Shown here piece by piece: positions 7,414 to 15,785 of a stretch of DNA of 32,000 nt. A program made the position numbers and the translations under genes. The notes under the pieces were generated by a model. The model had not been told where the DNA came from and did no database searches. It was given only the letters and a program-made list of their open reading frames with translations. Every line of letters starts with the position of its first letter. Positions within the stretch are counted from its first letter, which is position 1. The stretch comes from Massilicoli timonensis (GTDB lineage Bacteria; Bacillota_I; Bacilli_A; Erysipelotrichales; Erysipelotrichaceae): the NCBI RefSeq assembly GCF_900199515.1, contig NZ_LT963434.1, positions 1,203,272-1,235,271 of the forward strand, read 5' to 3'.

Positions 7414-10400
7414 AGCACAGTTAAAAGCCATTACGACAAGAGATAAAAATGTGCTGGTTTCCGCATCGGCGGGGAGCGGCAAGACGACCGTGCTGATAGA
7501 GCGTTTGATGCGCCGTATCCTTGACGATCAGATCCCGCTTTCTTCCATCTTGGCAATGACTTATACCGATGCCGCTGCCAATGAAATGAAAAAACGACTG
7601 GCAAAGCAGCTGCAAAGCCGTTTACAGGAAGCCGATGATGAACAAACACGCGCATATATCCGCAAGCAGCTTTCCTTGCTTCCCGACGCCAATATCTCAA
7701 CGATCCATTCATTTTGTTTATCGATCGTGAAAAAGTATTATTATGTGACCGATCTAACGCCAAAGCAGGTGGAAACGATCTTAGATCCTTCCCTGCTTGC
7801 CATTTATGAGCAGGAAGCCTGTGAAGAGGTGCTGCATGAGGCAATGGCGCAAAACGATGAGGACATGCAAAAACTTTGTGCGTTATTTTCACCGCGGGCT
7901 GAAAATGATGAGGCGCTGAAGCAGGCGATCTTTTCCTTATCGCAAGCCGCATCTTCTTTCGTCGATGAACAGGCTTATTTACAAATGTGTATTGACAACT
8001 ATCAGCCGATCACTTCTTTTCAAGAACTGCCGGAAACGATCTATCAGGCTTTTTTCGATTACTTAACATCACAGCTCAGTATTTACAGCGCACAGTACGA
8101 TGCCCTCGCCATGCGTTTCACCTATCGTGAAGAAGCAACAGAAAAGCAGCGTACTGCATTAACCAGTAAACAGGTCGGCATTGCGGCGATGAAAAAAGCG
8201 TTAGACCAAAAGGACTATGATCTGTTTCGGGAGCAGCTGATCGCCTGTGCAAAAGTGATCCTGCCGGCCAATCCCGACAAAGCAAACGATCCGGAATATG
8301 ATCAGCTACGCAAACAGATCCAAGAGCTGGAAGAACGGCTGCTGGCACAGCTTTATTCCAAGGAAGAACTGTTTGCGCAAATCAGTGAACAGCGCCCGTT
8401 GATCCGAAAGCTATGTGAATTGACAAGCGCCTATCAAAAACGCTTTTTGATGAAAAAGAAACAGCAGCAGGGAATGGACTTTCACGATATGGAAAGTTAT
8501 GCGCTCTCTATCCTGCAAGAGCATGAAGAGATCCGAAACGATTACCGCATGCAGTTTGCGGAAATCATGGTCGATGAGTTTCAGGATGCCAATGACGTAC
8601 AGAATGTTTTGGTGAATTTGATCGCCAGAGGAAACAATGTATTTCGAGTGGGCGATATTAAGCAGTCCATTTACGGTTTCCGTCATGCCAAGCCATCGAT
8701 CATGCGCGATCTCATCACACATCGAGGGGCACAGGATGAAGTCATCTATTTATCAAACAACTATCGTTCCAAACAGCTGCTGATCGACTTCAATAATGCA
8801 CTTTATGAGGAATTGATGAATACCGATGATTTCACACCGGCCTTTCATCAGGAAGATATTGCATATGGCGGCACACCGGCACAGTTACAAGACAACCAGC
8901 CGATCATTTTTCATAAGCTGATGTGGAAAGAATTATCGGTGCAGCTCCCCGCTTCGATCAGCAACCCGGCGTTAAAAGCAGATTACATCGCCAAAGAGAT
9001 CGCAAGGCTCCATGAAGAAAAACGATGCAAGTGGAAAGATTTTGTCGTGCTGGCACGCTCCAATTCGATCAAGGCAGAGATGAAAAAAGCCTTTTCCGCA
9101 TACCGCATTCCCTTCTTTATTGATGCAAAGTCCGGCTTCTATGAATCTTACGGCGTTTCCTGTATTCTTTCCTACTTACGCGCCTGTGTCGATCCTTTTG
9201 ACAATATCGCATTGGTCGCCGCACTGACTTCGCCTTTATTTGCGGTTTCTTTCGAAGAGCTGGCAAAGTGGAAGCAGGCCATGCGGCAGGAACAGGAATA
9301 TTCGTATTATGCGTATTTGAAAAAACATCCTTGTGACGGCTTTTCTGCTTTCCTTGCGCATCATCAAACGATCCTGCACGCTTCCTTGAAAGATCTGTTG
9401 AATGAACTCTATGAAACCAACGCTTTTTACTTAGCGCATACAAGCGTACAGGAAAAGACCAATCTCGATCTGCTATATGAAATGGCATGTGATTTTGAAC
9501 GGCAGGAAGGCTTTGGGGTAACCGGCTTTTTGCGCTATGTGGAAACGCTGAAGCAGCAGGAAAGCGCCGAAGCGCTGCCAATCGGCAGTGAAGATGATGT
9601 CGTGCGGGTCATGAGCATTCATCAATCAAAAGGCTTACAGTTTAAGATCGTCTTTTTGTGGTCAACCGTTACGTTCCCGGCATTGGAATCCAAAGATCTG
9701 ATGATCTGTGACAATGAATTGGGCATTGCGATGGATCAGATCGTATTGCCGATGCGTTATCGTAAAGATACGATCATGCGCATGGCGATGGAGCACAAGA
9801 AAAACAAAGAAGAGTTGGAAGAAGAAATGCGCATTTTATATGTAGCGACAACGCGTGCACAGGATGAAATGCACATTGTCGACGTCATTACCGATGAAAG
9901 CAGGCTTGCCAGATCTGCAATCACGTCTCCTTTCCTTTACTTGCGAAGAGGCTATACCTCATGGTTATGCAGCGCTTCGCATCTAAAACCCGGCATGGTG
10001 CTCACCAAAACAGTCAGCAAGACCTGGCAAACAGAGAAAAAATCCTATCTGCAAAGCAAACCACAGCAGGATCATTTTCAAAAGCTTACTTATGCGTACG
10101 CACATCAGCCGCTTTTCTATGAAACACCGACAGCGAAAAAAAGCGATGCCCTGCCAAAACTCACGTTACAAAACGAGGGCATGCAGTATGGTACGGCCTT
10201 GCACGCCTATATAGAAAAGCTGGGTGATCTGCCATGGGACAGCGCAAAGATCCAAGCTGTTTCACAAAAATGGGAGCTTCCTTATCAAACCGGAATTGAA
10301 AACGCCCTGCTTGCCTTAGCGAAGCAGCCGCTCTTTCAAAAGGCACAGCAGATGCCTAAGCGCTACTATGAAGCGCCGTTTGCCATTTTACAAGATGATA

Positions 10401-10618
10401 CGCTGCTGCATGGCGTCATAGACTTTTTAGCGGCAGATGAGAAGGAACTGCTTTTGATCGATTTCAAAAGCGATCGGGTATCGAATGGCGATGCGCTGCT
10501 TGCCCATTATCGAGCACAATTACAGGCATATGAGGACGCATTGCATCAGATTTATCCTAACCATCGCATACACAGTTATCTATACAGCTTCCATTTGGAA
10601 GAGATGATTGAAAAATAA
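7400..10618 (+). CDS. addA: helicase-nuclease AddAB subunit A (UvrD/Rep-type helicase + RecB-type nuclease)
   Basis: Walker A SASAGSGKTTVL, DEFQD (motif II), YRS, and IHQSKGLQF/VATTRA helicase motifs. C-terminal nuclease GVIDFL...LIDFKSD...QLQAY. Confidence 0.93.
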   Translation: MKWNEAQLKAITTRDKNVLVSASAGSGKTTVLIERLMRRILDDQIPLSSILAMTYTDAAANEMKKRLAKQLQSRLQEADDEQTRAYIRKQLSLLPDANISTIHSFCLSIVKKYYYVTDLTPKQVETILDPSLLAIYEQEACEEVLHEAMAQNDEDMQKLCALFSPRAENDEALKQAIFSLSQAASSFVDEQAYLQMCIDNYQPITSFQELPETIYQAFFDYLTSQLSIYSAQYDALAMRFTYREEATEKQRTALTSKQVGIAAMKKALDQKDYDLFREQLIACAKVILPANPDKANDPEYDQLRKQIQELEERLLAQLYSKEELFAQISEQRPLIRKLCELTSAYQKRFLMKKKQQQGMDFHDMESYALSILQEHEEIRNDYRMQFAEIMVDEFQDANDVQNVLVNLIARGNNVFRVGDIKQSIYGFRHAKPSIMRDLITHRGAQDEVIYLSNNYRSKQLLIDFNNALYEELMNTDDFTPAFHQEDIAYGGTPAQLQDNQPIIFHKLMWKELSVQLPASISNPALKADYIAKEIARLHEEKRCKWKDFVVLARSNSIKAEMKKAFSAYRIPFFIDAKSGFYESYGVSCILSYLRACVDPFDNIALVAALTSPLFAVSFEELAKWKQAMRQEQEYSYYAYLKKHPCDGFSAFLAHHQTILHASLKDLLNELYETNAFYLAHTSVQEKTNLDLLYEMACDFERQEGFGVTGFLRYVETLKQQESAEALPIGSEDDVVRVMSIHQSKGLQFKIVFLWSTVTFPALESKDLMICDNELGIAMDQIVLPMRYRKDTIMRMAMEHKKNKEELEEEMRILYVATTRAQDEMHIVDVITDESRLARSAITSPFLYLRRGYTSWLCSASHLKPGMVLTKTVSKTWQTEKKSYLQSKPQQDHFQKLTYAYAHQPLFYETPTAKKSDALPKLTLQNEGMQYGTALHAYIEKLGDLPWDSAKIQAVSQKWELPYQTGIENALLALAKQPLFQKAQQMPKRYYEAPFAILQDDTLLHGVIDFLAADEKELLLIDFKSDRVSNGDALLAHYRAQLQAYEDALHQIYPNHRIHSYLYSFHLEEMIEK

Positions 10619-10668
10619 AAGCGGTTCTTGCGCCTAATCAATAGGCGTAAAGATCCGCTTTCTTTTCT
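10617..10668. terminator. bidirectional terminator between convergent addA and the cytidylate kinase-like gene
   Basis: Long hairpin AAAGCGGTTCTT...AAGATCCGCTTT with an inner CGCCT/AGGCG stem. T-runs follow on both strands. Confidence 0.6.
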
Positions 10669-10685
10669 ATTTGCACAGCCTGTGC

Positions 10686-11303
10686 TTACTGTTTTGATTT
10701 TACCAGCTGTGCGATCATTTCCGCAATTTCCTCTAGTTCAAAACGACTGCTGTCGATCGCAATATGATAATTCTCTGCCTTGCCCCATTTTCGGTCGGTA
10801 TAATAATTATAGTAGTTGGCACGGCGTTTATCCGTCTTGATCAAAATATCTTCCGCATCTTCGCGATCAACGCCATATTCTTCAATCGCACGGCGTTTTC
10901 TGCTTTCTAAATTAGAGTGAATAAATACATTGATGCAATATGGATCTTCCCGCAGCACATAATCCGCACATCTTCCGACAATGACCGCAGAGCCTGCTGC
11001 CGCAATCTGCTGAATGACTTGACTCTGTACCAAAAACATTCTATCATTCAACGTCATTTCACTCAACCCGGCAACCGGACTGCCCAGCGTATAACCGATG
11101 ACACCTAAGAAATTAAAGCCTTTGCTCGTCCGTTCTCCTTCGGTTTCAAACAGTTCTTTGTCAATGCCGCTTTCCGCCGCTGCCATTTCGATCAGTTCCT
11201 TGTCATAGAAAGGAACGCCCAGCAGTTCTGCCAGTCTTTTGCCGACCTCTCTGCCCCCGCTGCCATATTGTCTGCTGATGGTAATCAAATACTTTTTGTT
11301 CAT
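10686..11303 (-). CDS. cytidylate kinase-like family protein (AAA_33/Cytidylate_kin2)
   Basis: MNKKYLITISRQYGSGGREVGKRLAELLGVPFYDKEL is the typical N-terminus of this family. I chose ATG 11303 (SD GGGAGGTG 5-6 nt upstream) rather than the tracked 11384 start, which overlaps the divergent promoter region. Confidence 0.8.
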   Translation of the reverse strand: MNKKYLITISRQYGSGGREVGKRLAELLGVPFYDKELIEMAAAESGIDKELFETEGERTSKGFNFLGVIGYTLGSPVAGLSEMTLNDRMFLVQSQVIQQIAAAGSAVIVGRCADYVLREDPYCINVFIHSNLESRKRRAIEEYGVDREDAEDILIKTDKRRANYYNYYTDRKWGKAENYHIAIDSSRFELEEIAEMIAQLVKSKQ

Positions 11304-11330
11304 AAAGACACCTCCCGTCTTGCTATTTTC

Positions 11331-11359
11331 ATTATACCCTTTCAAAGCAAAAACATCAA
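11331..11359 (-). promoter_or_regulatory. sigma-A-type promoter for the cytidylate kinase-like gene
   Basis: The minus strand reads TTGATG - 17 nt - TATAAT. Confidence 0.45.
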
Positions 11360-11369
11360 TCTTCTTTAC

Positions 11370-11398
11370 TTGCAAGCACCACATTTATCCGTTACAAT
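11370..11398 (+). promoter_or_regulatory. sigma-A-type promoter for the HAD hydrolase gene
   Basis: TTGCAA - 17 nt - TACAAT. Confidence 0.45.
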
Positions 11399-11423
11399 AA
11401 TCCTATGTGAAAGGATGATCTTC

Positions 11424-12293
11424 ATGCACGAAATTTACCGCATGATCGTATGCGATTTGGACAATACTTTAGTAGACAGTAAAAAACAGCTCTCTGCCGC
11501 CACGATTCAGGAAATGATTCGTTTACAGGAAAAAGGCTATCTCTTGGTCATTGCCAGTGGACGCTTTATCCATGAAATCGAACCGGTTGCCAAGGCTTTA
11601 CAGATCGAAGAACACCATGGCATCATCATCGCCTGCAACGGCTTTGAGATCTATGATAAAAAAGATAACAGCTATCATCGTTTTACCCCCATCAGTGCAA
11701 AGGAAAGTGAAGAACTGATCCGTTTTGCCAAAAGCAAGCACTGCTGTACTTATCTCTATGATGAGGACGGCTACTATTTCATACAGACCGGCAGTATCCG
11801 CAGGATCATGCGCATCGCCAAGCATTTGTTTCCACTGTTTCGCAAGCTGCACCCGAAGATCGGTCATGGCATTGACCGCTATGAGCAGATGCAGATCTTA
11901 AAGGAAGAACCGCACTTCGAGCATTCCTTTCAAAAATTATGCTTTCTCTCTCATAAGCCGAAACATATCGTAGCGTTAGAAACGGCAATTCATCGCCGCT
12001 ATGGCAGGACTTATCAATTCTTTTACGAAAATCCCTTTGTAAGCGAAATTACGAAAAGTGATGTATCAAAGCGACACGCAGTGGAATACATTTGTCAAAA
12101 ATACGGCTATGAGATGAAACAGGTCATCGCTTTTGGCGACAACGGCAACGATTTACTGCTGTTAGAAGCAGCAGGACACGGTGTTACGATGAAAAATGCT
12201 TCTCGCTATATCAGAGCACAAGCCAATCATATCACTGAGGATACTTGCGATGAGGACGGTGTGATCCATTATTTGAAAAAGATGAACCTATAA
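11424..12293 (+). CDS. Cof-type HAD-IIB family hydrolase
   Basis: MIVCDLDNTL (motif I), SGR (motif II) and FGDNGNDLLLL (motif IV). I chose ATG 11424 (SD GAAAGGA about 8 nt upstream) rather than the tracked 11268 start. Confidence 0.85.
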   Translation: MHEIYRMIVCDLDNTLVDSKKQLSAATIQEMIRLQEKGYLLVIASGRFIHEIEPVAKALQIEEHHGIIIACNGFEIYDKKDNSYHRFTPISAKESEELIRFAKSKHCCTYLYDEDGYYFIQTGSIRRIMRIAKHLFPLFRKLHPKIGHGIDRYEQMQILKEEPHFEHSFQKLCFLSHKPKHIVALETAIHRRYGRTYQFFYENPFVSEITKSDVSKRHAVEYICQKYGYEMKQVIAFGDNGNDLLLLEAAGHGVTMKNASRYIRAQANHITEDTCDEDGVIHYLKKMNL

Positions 12294-12341
12294 TGACTAC
12301 ATCGGCAGATACGTCGATTTCCCTTTCTAATCAATCAATTG

Positions 12342-12380
12342 AAAAAACCGCACTTCCCCTTTTTCGAGATCTGCGGTTTT
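12342..12380. terminator. bidirectional terminator between the HAD gene and the FAD-dependent gene
   Basis: AAAACCGCA pairs with TGCGGTTTT (9 bp perfect) around a 19-nt loop. The flanks are A-rich and T-rich. Confidence 0.5.
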
Positions 12381-12386
12381 ATTGTT

Positions 12387-13781
12387 TTAATGCTTTTGCT
12401 CGTTTTTCTCTTTTCTTGTCTGCACAAGATGTCTTGCGACATATACCCCACTGGCGGAAGCATGGGACAGCGAATGTGTAACCCCGCTGCAATCACCGAT
12501 CACATATAGTCCTTTGTGTTTGGTTTCTAAGTTCTCGTCGATTTCCACTTCCAAATTATAGAATTTCACTTCTACTCCATATAACAGCGTTTCATCGCTG
12601 GCGGTACCCGGCGCCACTTTGTCCAGCGCATAGATCATTTCGATGATGTCATCCATCTGACGTTTCGGAATGACCAGCGACAGATCGCCCGGTGTAGCGG
12701 AAAGTGTCGGCTTTAAGAAACTGGAACGAATACGGCTTTCCGTAGAACGCTGTCCACGGATCAGATCACCGAATCGCTGTACGATCACGCCGCCTCCTAA
12801 CATATTGGATAAGCGCGCAATGCTTTCCCCATATTCATTACTGTCCTTAAACGGTTCGGAAAAGTGATTGCTGACAAGCAGGGCAAAATTCGTATTTTCC
12901 GTATAACGTGATGGATCCTCATAACTATGCCCGTTTACCGTTACGATGCCATTCGTATTTTCACTGACCACGACTCCTCTTGGATTCATGCAGAATGTTC
13001 TGACATTATCTTGAAATTTCTTCGTGCGATACACCAGCTTGCTCTCATAAAGTTCATCGGTCAAATGTGAAAACACTTCCGCCGGCAGTTCCACCCGTAC
13101 ACCGATGTCTACTCGGTTGGATTTGGTATGGATTCCCAATGCAGAACAGATGCTTTCCATCCACTTGCTGCCGCTTCTGCCTGTCGATACGATGCAGTAC
13201 GGTGCGTCAAAGCATTCCTCGCCGGCAATGACACGATAACCGTCTTTCGTTTTTTCAATCTGTTTGGCATAGCAGCGGAAATAAAAATCCACATGCTCGG
13301 ATAAATGTGCGTACAGATTCTGCAATACGATGTAATTGACATCGGTTCCCAAGTGGCGCACCTGCGCATCAAGCAGATGCAAGTCATTTTGCAGACAGAT
13401 CTTCTTTAATCTGGAATTAGCGGTCGAATACAGCTTTGTTCCTTCTCCGCCGAATTGTAAATTCAAAGCATCGACATAACGCATCAAAGACAGCGCTTCT
13501 TCTCTGCCGATGTGTTCATAAAGCGTTCCGCCGAACTGGTTGGTAATATTGTACTTCCCATCTGAAAAAGCACCGGCACCGCCAAAACCGTTCATGATCG
13601 CACAGGTAGAACAGCCGATACAGCGCTTGATCTTTTTGTTGTCGATGGGACAATGGCGTTTCTCAAGCGGATTCCCTGCTTCCAGTACCGCGATCTTTAA
13701 TGCCGGATCCTGTTTCAACAGCTCATAGGCTGAGAAAATACCGCCCGGTCCAGCACCGATAATCAAAACATCATATTTCAT
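12387..13781 (-). CDS. NAD(P)/FAD-dependent oxidoreductase (COG2509-type uncharacterised FAD-dependent dehydrogenase)
   Basis: MKYDVLIIGAGPGGIFSAYEL dinucleotide-binding fold, then HCPI...CIGCSTCAIMNGFGGAGAFSDGK, typical of COG2509. The tracked start 13787 is TTG, so I use ATG 13781. Confidence 0.85.
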   Translation of the reverse strand: MKYDVLIIGAGPGGIFSAYELLKQDPALKIAVLEAGNPLEKRHCPIDNKKIKRCIGCSTCAIMNGFGGAGAFSDGKYNITNQFGGTLYEHIGREEALSLMRYVDALNLQFGGEGTKLYSTANSRLKKICLQNDLHLLDAQVRHLGTDVNYIVLQNLYAHLSEHVDFYFRCYAKQIEKTKDGYRVIAGEECFDAPYCIVSTGRSGSKWMESICSALGIHTKSNRVDIGVRVELPAEVFSHLTDELYESKLVYRTKKFQDNVRTFCMNPRGVVVSENTNGIVTVNGHSYEDPSRYTENTNFALLVSNHFSEPFKDSNEYGESIARLSNMLGGGVIVQRFGDLIRGQRSTESRIRSSFLKPTLSATPGDLSLVIPKRQMDDIIEMIYALDKVAPGTASDETLLYGVEVKFYNLEVEIDENLETKHKGLYVIGDCSGVTHSLSHASASGVYVARHLVQTRKEKNEQKH

Positions 13782-13876
13782 AATCAAACCTCATTTCCTC
13801 ATCTATTTTATCATACTTCCTAAAAAACCGGCAGTTATTTTATGAACTGCTTTTTCTTATTTTTTCCATATTCCTT

Positions 13877-13905
13877 GTATAAAATCACAAGCAGCGGCAA
13901 TGCTA
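13877..13905 (+). promoter_or_regulatory. possible sigma-F-type forespore promoter upstream of the SpoIIR-like gene
   Basis: GTATA - 14 nt - GGCAATGCTA resembles my recollection of the sigma-F consensus (GYATA ... GGnRAnAHTW). The consensus is recalled from memory, so this is weak evidence. Confidence 0.3.
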
Positions 13906-13928
13906 CTAATACAAAGGAAGTGGCATGA

Positions 13929-14408
13929 ATGAAACAGACGATGACAGAACAAGAACAAATACAGTATGAGGCATATGTAGAAAAGACCTTTGCGGCATCA
14001 CCGCGGTCAAATAAGCGCAAACCCTTGCTTTTGATTGCCCTGTTAGGCATTTTATTCTGCAGTGCCTGCATCCGCGTATCTTCCCATGACAACAATGAAA
14101 TTGCTTACCGTATTTACTTTGACAGCAGCAGCGATAACCTCTATGAAGTAAAAGAAACTGTCAATCAACTGTATCTGGAACTATGTGAAGGACTGGACGC
14201 GGACAGCGAAAAAGCCATGATTCGCTCTCACCTGTCGGTATTTGAGCGTGTTGATGAGCATGCGCATGTTACTTGGAAGCACAATCGTCTCAACATTCAG
14301 ATTGGCGATGGCAAGGGAGAATTCCTGAGCGGTACGCTTGCCAAACCTTTGCATTGTATCGAAGAAGTAAAACCGCGCAGCCTGCTGGCGGAATTCTTCG
14401 ATCTATGA
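13929..14408 (+). CDS. spoIIR: divergent stage II sporulation protein R-like, signal-anchored protein
   Basis: N-terminal basic stretch plus hydrophobic segment (KRKPLLLIALLGILFCSAC). IAYRIYFDSSSDNLYEVKETV resembles SpoIIR IRLRILANSDSDQDQQLK. IQIGDGKGEF...KPLHC resembles ITLGNGDGANWWCVLFPPLC. The position upstream of tsaC/rpiB/glyA matches B. subtilis spoIIR-ywlA..ywlC..ywlF..glyA synteny. Confidence 0.5.
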   Translation: MKQTMTEQEQIQYEAYVEKTFAASPRSNKRKPLLLIALLGILFCSACIRVSSHDNNEIAYRIYFDSSSDNLYEVKETVNQLYLELCEGLDADSEKAMIRSHLSVFERVDEHAHVTWKHNRLNIQIGDGKGEFLSGTLAKPLHCIEEVKPRSLLAEFFDL

Positions 14409-14425
14409 TGTTTCTCCTTGTGAGG

Positions 14426-14455
14426 GTCCGAGGGTGCTCGGACTTTTCTTTTATT
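14426..14455 (+). terminator. intrinsic terminator after the SpoIIR-like gene
   Basis: GTCCGAG-GGTG-CTCGGAC followed by TTTTCTTTTATTTT. Confidence 0.7.
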
Positions 14456-14520
14456 TTGCTAACGCTTAGAATCTAACCTGTGATACAATAACAATAGAAA
14501 TTAGAAAGGATCGATGAAGC

Positions 14521-15585
14521 ATGGATACGATACGCTATCTGAAAACGGAAATAGAACTTGTGGCAAATGAATTAAAAAAAGGAAAAGTGATCGCATTCCC
14601 TACGGATACGGTATATGGATTGGGCGTTGTTTACGATGATGAAGCAGCGCTGCAGCGCTTAAAGACCGCCAAGGGACGACCTGAAACAAAGCCGATTCCG
14701 ACAATGGCGGCAAGCAGCGCACAAATAGAGGAAGTCGCCATCGTCGATGAAAGAAGCAAGAAACTCATAGACGCGTTCATGCCGGGCGCTTTCACCTTGA
14801 TCTTGCCAAAGCAGCCTTCTGCTCCCGCTTATATAAGCAATGGCATGGATACGATTGCCGTGCGTATCCCGGATGATCCTTTTGTACTGGAGCTGCTGAA
14901 ACAAGTGGGAAAACCGATGTTGGTAACCAGCGCCAATTTATCCGATCAACCGGCTGCTACGACCGGCATTGAAGCGCTGGGACAGTTAGATGGCAGGATC
15001 GACGGAATCGTAATGGGTGCAAGCGGTGCGTCTGCGGCTTCCACCATTTTGGATGTTACAAAAACCGAGTGGCAGATTCTTCGCTGCGGAGCGGTGAGCG
15101 AAGAACAGATCGAAGCGGTGATCGGAGAGAAAAGAAAAATGAGAATTGCACTGGCATGTGATCATGGCGCCTTGGAATATAAAGAGATCTTGAAAAAAGA
15201 ACTGCCGCAGGAAGGCTATGAAGTCGTTGATTTCGGCACATATAGTCATGAGAGCTGTGATTATCCGGATTATATCGCCAAAGCTGCCCAAGCGGTGGCA
15301 AAGGGAGAATGTGATCGCGGCATCGTACTTTGCGGTACCGGGATCGGCGCCAGCATCGCCGCCAATAAGATCAAGGGCATTCGCTGTGCGCTTTGCAGTG
15401 AATCCTTCAGCGCTCGTTTGACCCGCGAACACAATGACAGCAATATCTTGGCAATGGGACAGCGTGTCATCGGCGAGGAAGTCATGCGCGACATTGTAAA
15501 GACATGGCTGACAACTCCTTTTTCTCAGGGAGAGCGGCATAAAAAAAGAATTGCGAAGTTAGCACGGCTGGAACAAGCAGACTAG
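14521..15585 (+). CDS. tsaC-rpiB: in-frame fusion: L-threonylcarbamoyladenylate synthase (TsaC/YwlC YrdC-domain, aa 1-206) + ribose-5-phosphate isomerase B (RpiB/LacAB, aa 207-354)
   Basis: VIAFPTDTVYGLG...KGRP...LVTSANLS is the YrdC/Sua5 fold. From Met207 (nt 15139), MRIALACDHGALEYK...GIVLCGTGIGASIAANK...ARLTREHNDSNILAMGQRV is RpiB. There is no stop codon between the two parts. Confidence 0.85.
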   Translation: MDTIRYLKTEIELVANELKKGKVIAFPTDTVYGLGVVYDDEAALQRLKTAKGRPETKPIPTMAASSAQIEEVAIVDERSKKLIDAFMPGAFTLILPKQPSAPAYISNGMDTIAVRIPDDPFVLELLKQVGKPMLVTSANLSDQPAATTGIEALGQLDGRIDGIVMGASGASAASTILDVTKTEWQILRCGAVSEEQIEAVIGEKRKMRIALACDHGALEYKEILKKELPQEGYEVVDFGTYSHESCDYPDYIAKAAQAVAKGECDRGIVLCGTGIGASIAANKIKGIRCALCSESFSARLTREHNDSNILAMGQRVIGEEVMRDIVKTWLTTPFSQGERHKKRIAKLARLEQAD

Positions 15586-15597
15586 CTCCTCTGAACG

Positions 15598-15640
15598 ACC
15601 TCTTTTCTTTCATCCTCACTTTAAGGAAAGAGGTTTTCTG
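15598..15640 (+). terminator. intrinsic terminator after tsaC-rpiB
   Basis: ACCTCTTTTCTT pairs with AAGGAAAGAGGT (12 bp with one G-U) and is followed by TTTCT. Confidence 0.55.
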
Positions 15641-15714
15641 ATGCGCGCTCCTCTGTCTTTAGGAAAACACTTGCTCTGTATGTAAATGGAGAACTGCGTA
15701 TTTCAAGCATTGTT

Positions 15715-15744
15715 TTTCCACAATCAGCGATCTTCCTGTATAAT
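15715..15744 (+). promoter_or_regulatory. candidate glyA promoter
   Basis: TTTCCA - 18 nt - TATAAT. Confidence 0.4.
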
Positions 15745-15785
15745 AGAAGCAGACAAGAACATGCAGATATGCAGGAAAGGATCAC

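Noticed and set aside
7431-7952. 173-aa minus-strand ORF (and 9117..9581, 154 aa) inside addA
   Set aside because: These are antisense shadow ORFs within a strongly supported helicase gene. They are Arg/Pro/Ala/Ser-rich and low-complexity, with no SD.
10686-11384. Long N-terminal extensions of the divergent genes (tracked starts 11384 and 11268), which would make the two ORFs overlap by about 117 nt
   Set aside because: Internal ATGs (11303 and 11424) have good SDs and match the family N-termini. The extensions would cover the two promoters found in between.
13835-14095. 86-aa minus-strand ORF overlapping the 5' end of the SpoIIR-like gene
   Set aside because: It is antisense to an ORF that has an SD and synteny support. 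It has no SD of its own.
14986-15540. 184-aa minus-strand ORF antisense to tsaC-rpiB (plus 15056..15301, 15270..15494 and 15218..15421)
   Set aside because: These are shadow frames of a well-supported gene, with no ribosome-binding site and low-complexity products.
15713-15721. DnaA-box-like 9-mers (TTTTCCACA at 15713 and near 22936; CTATCCACA near 23367), examined as a possible oriC near the rsmG/noc/parAB cluster
   Set aside because: These are isolated 8/9 matches scattered over kilobases, partly inside genes. There is no cluster, no AT-rich unwinding element and no dnaA nearby.
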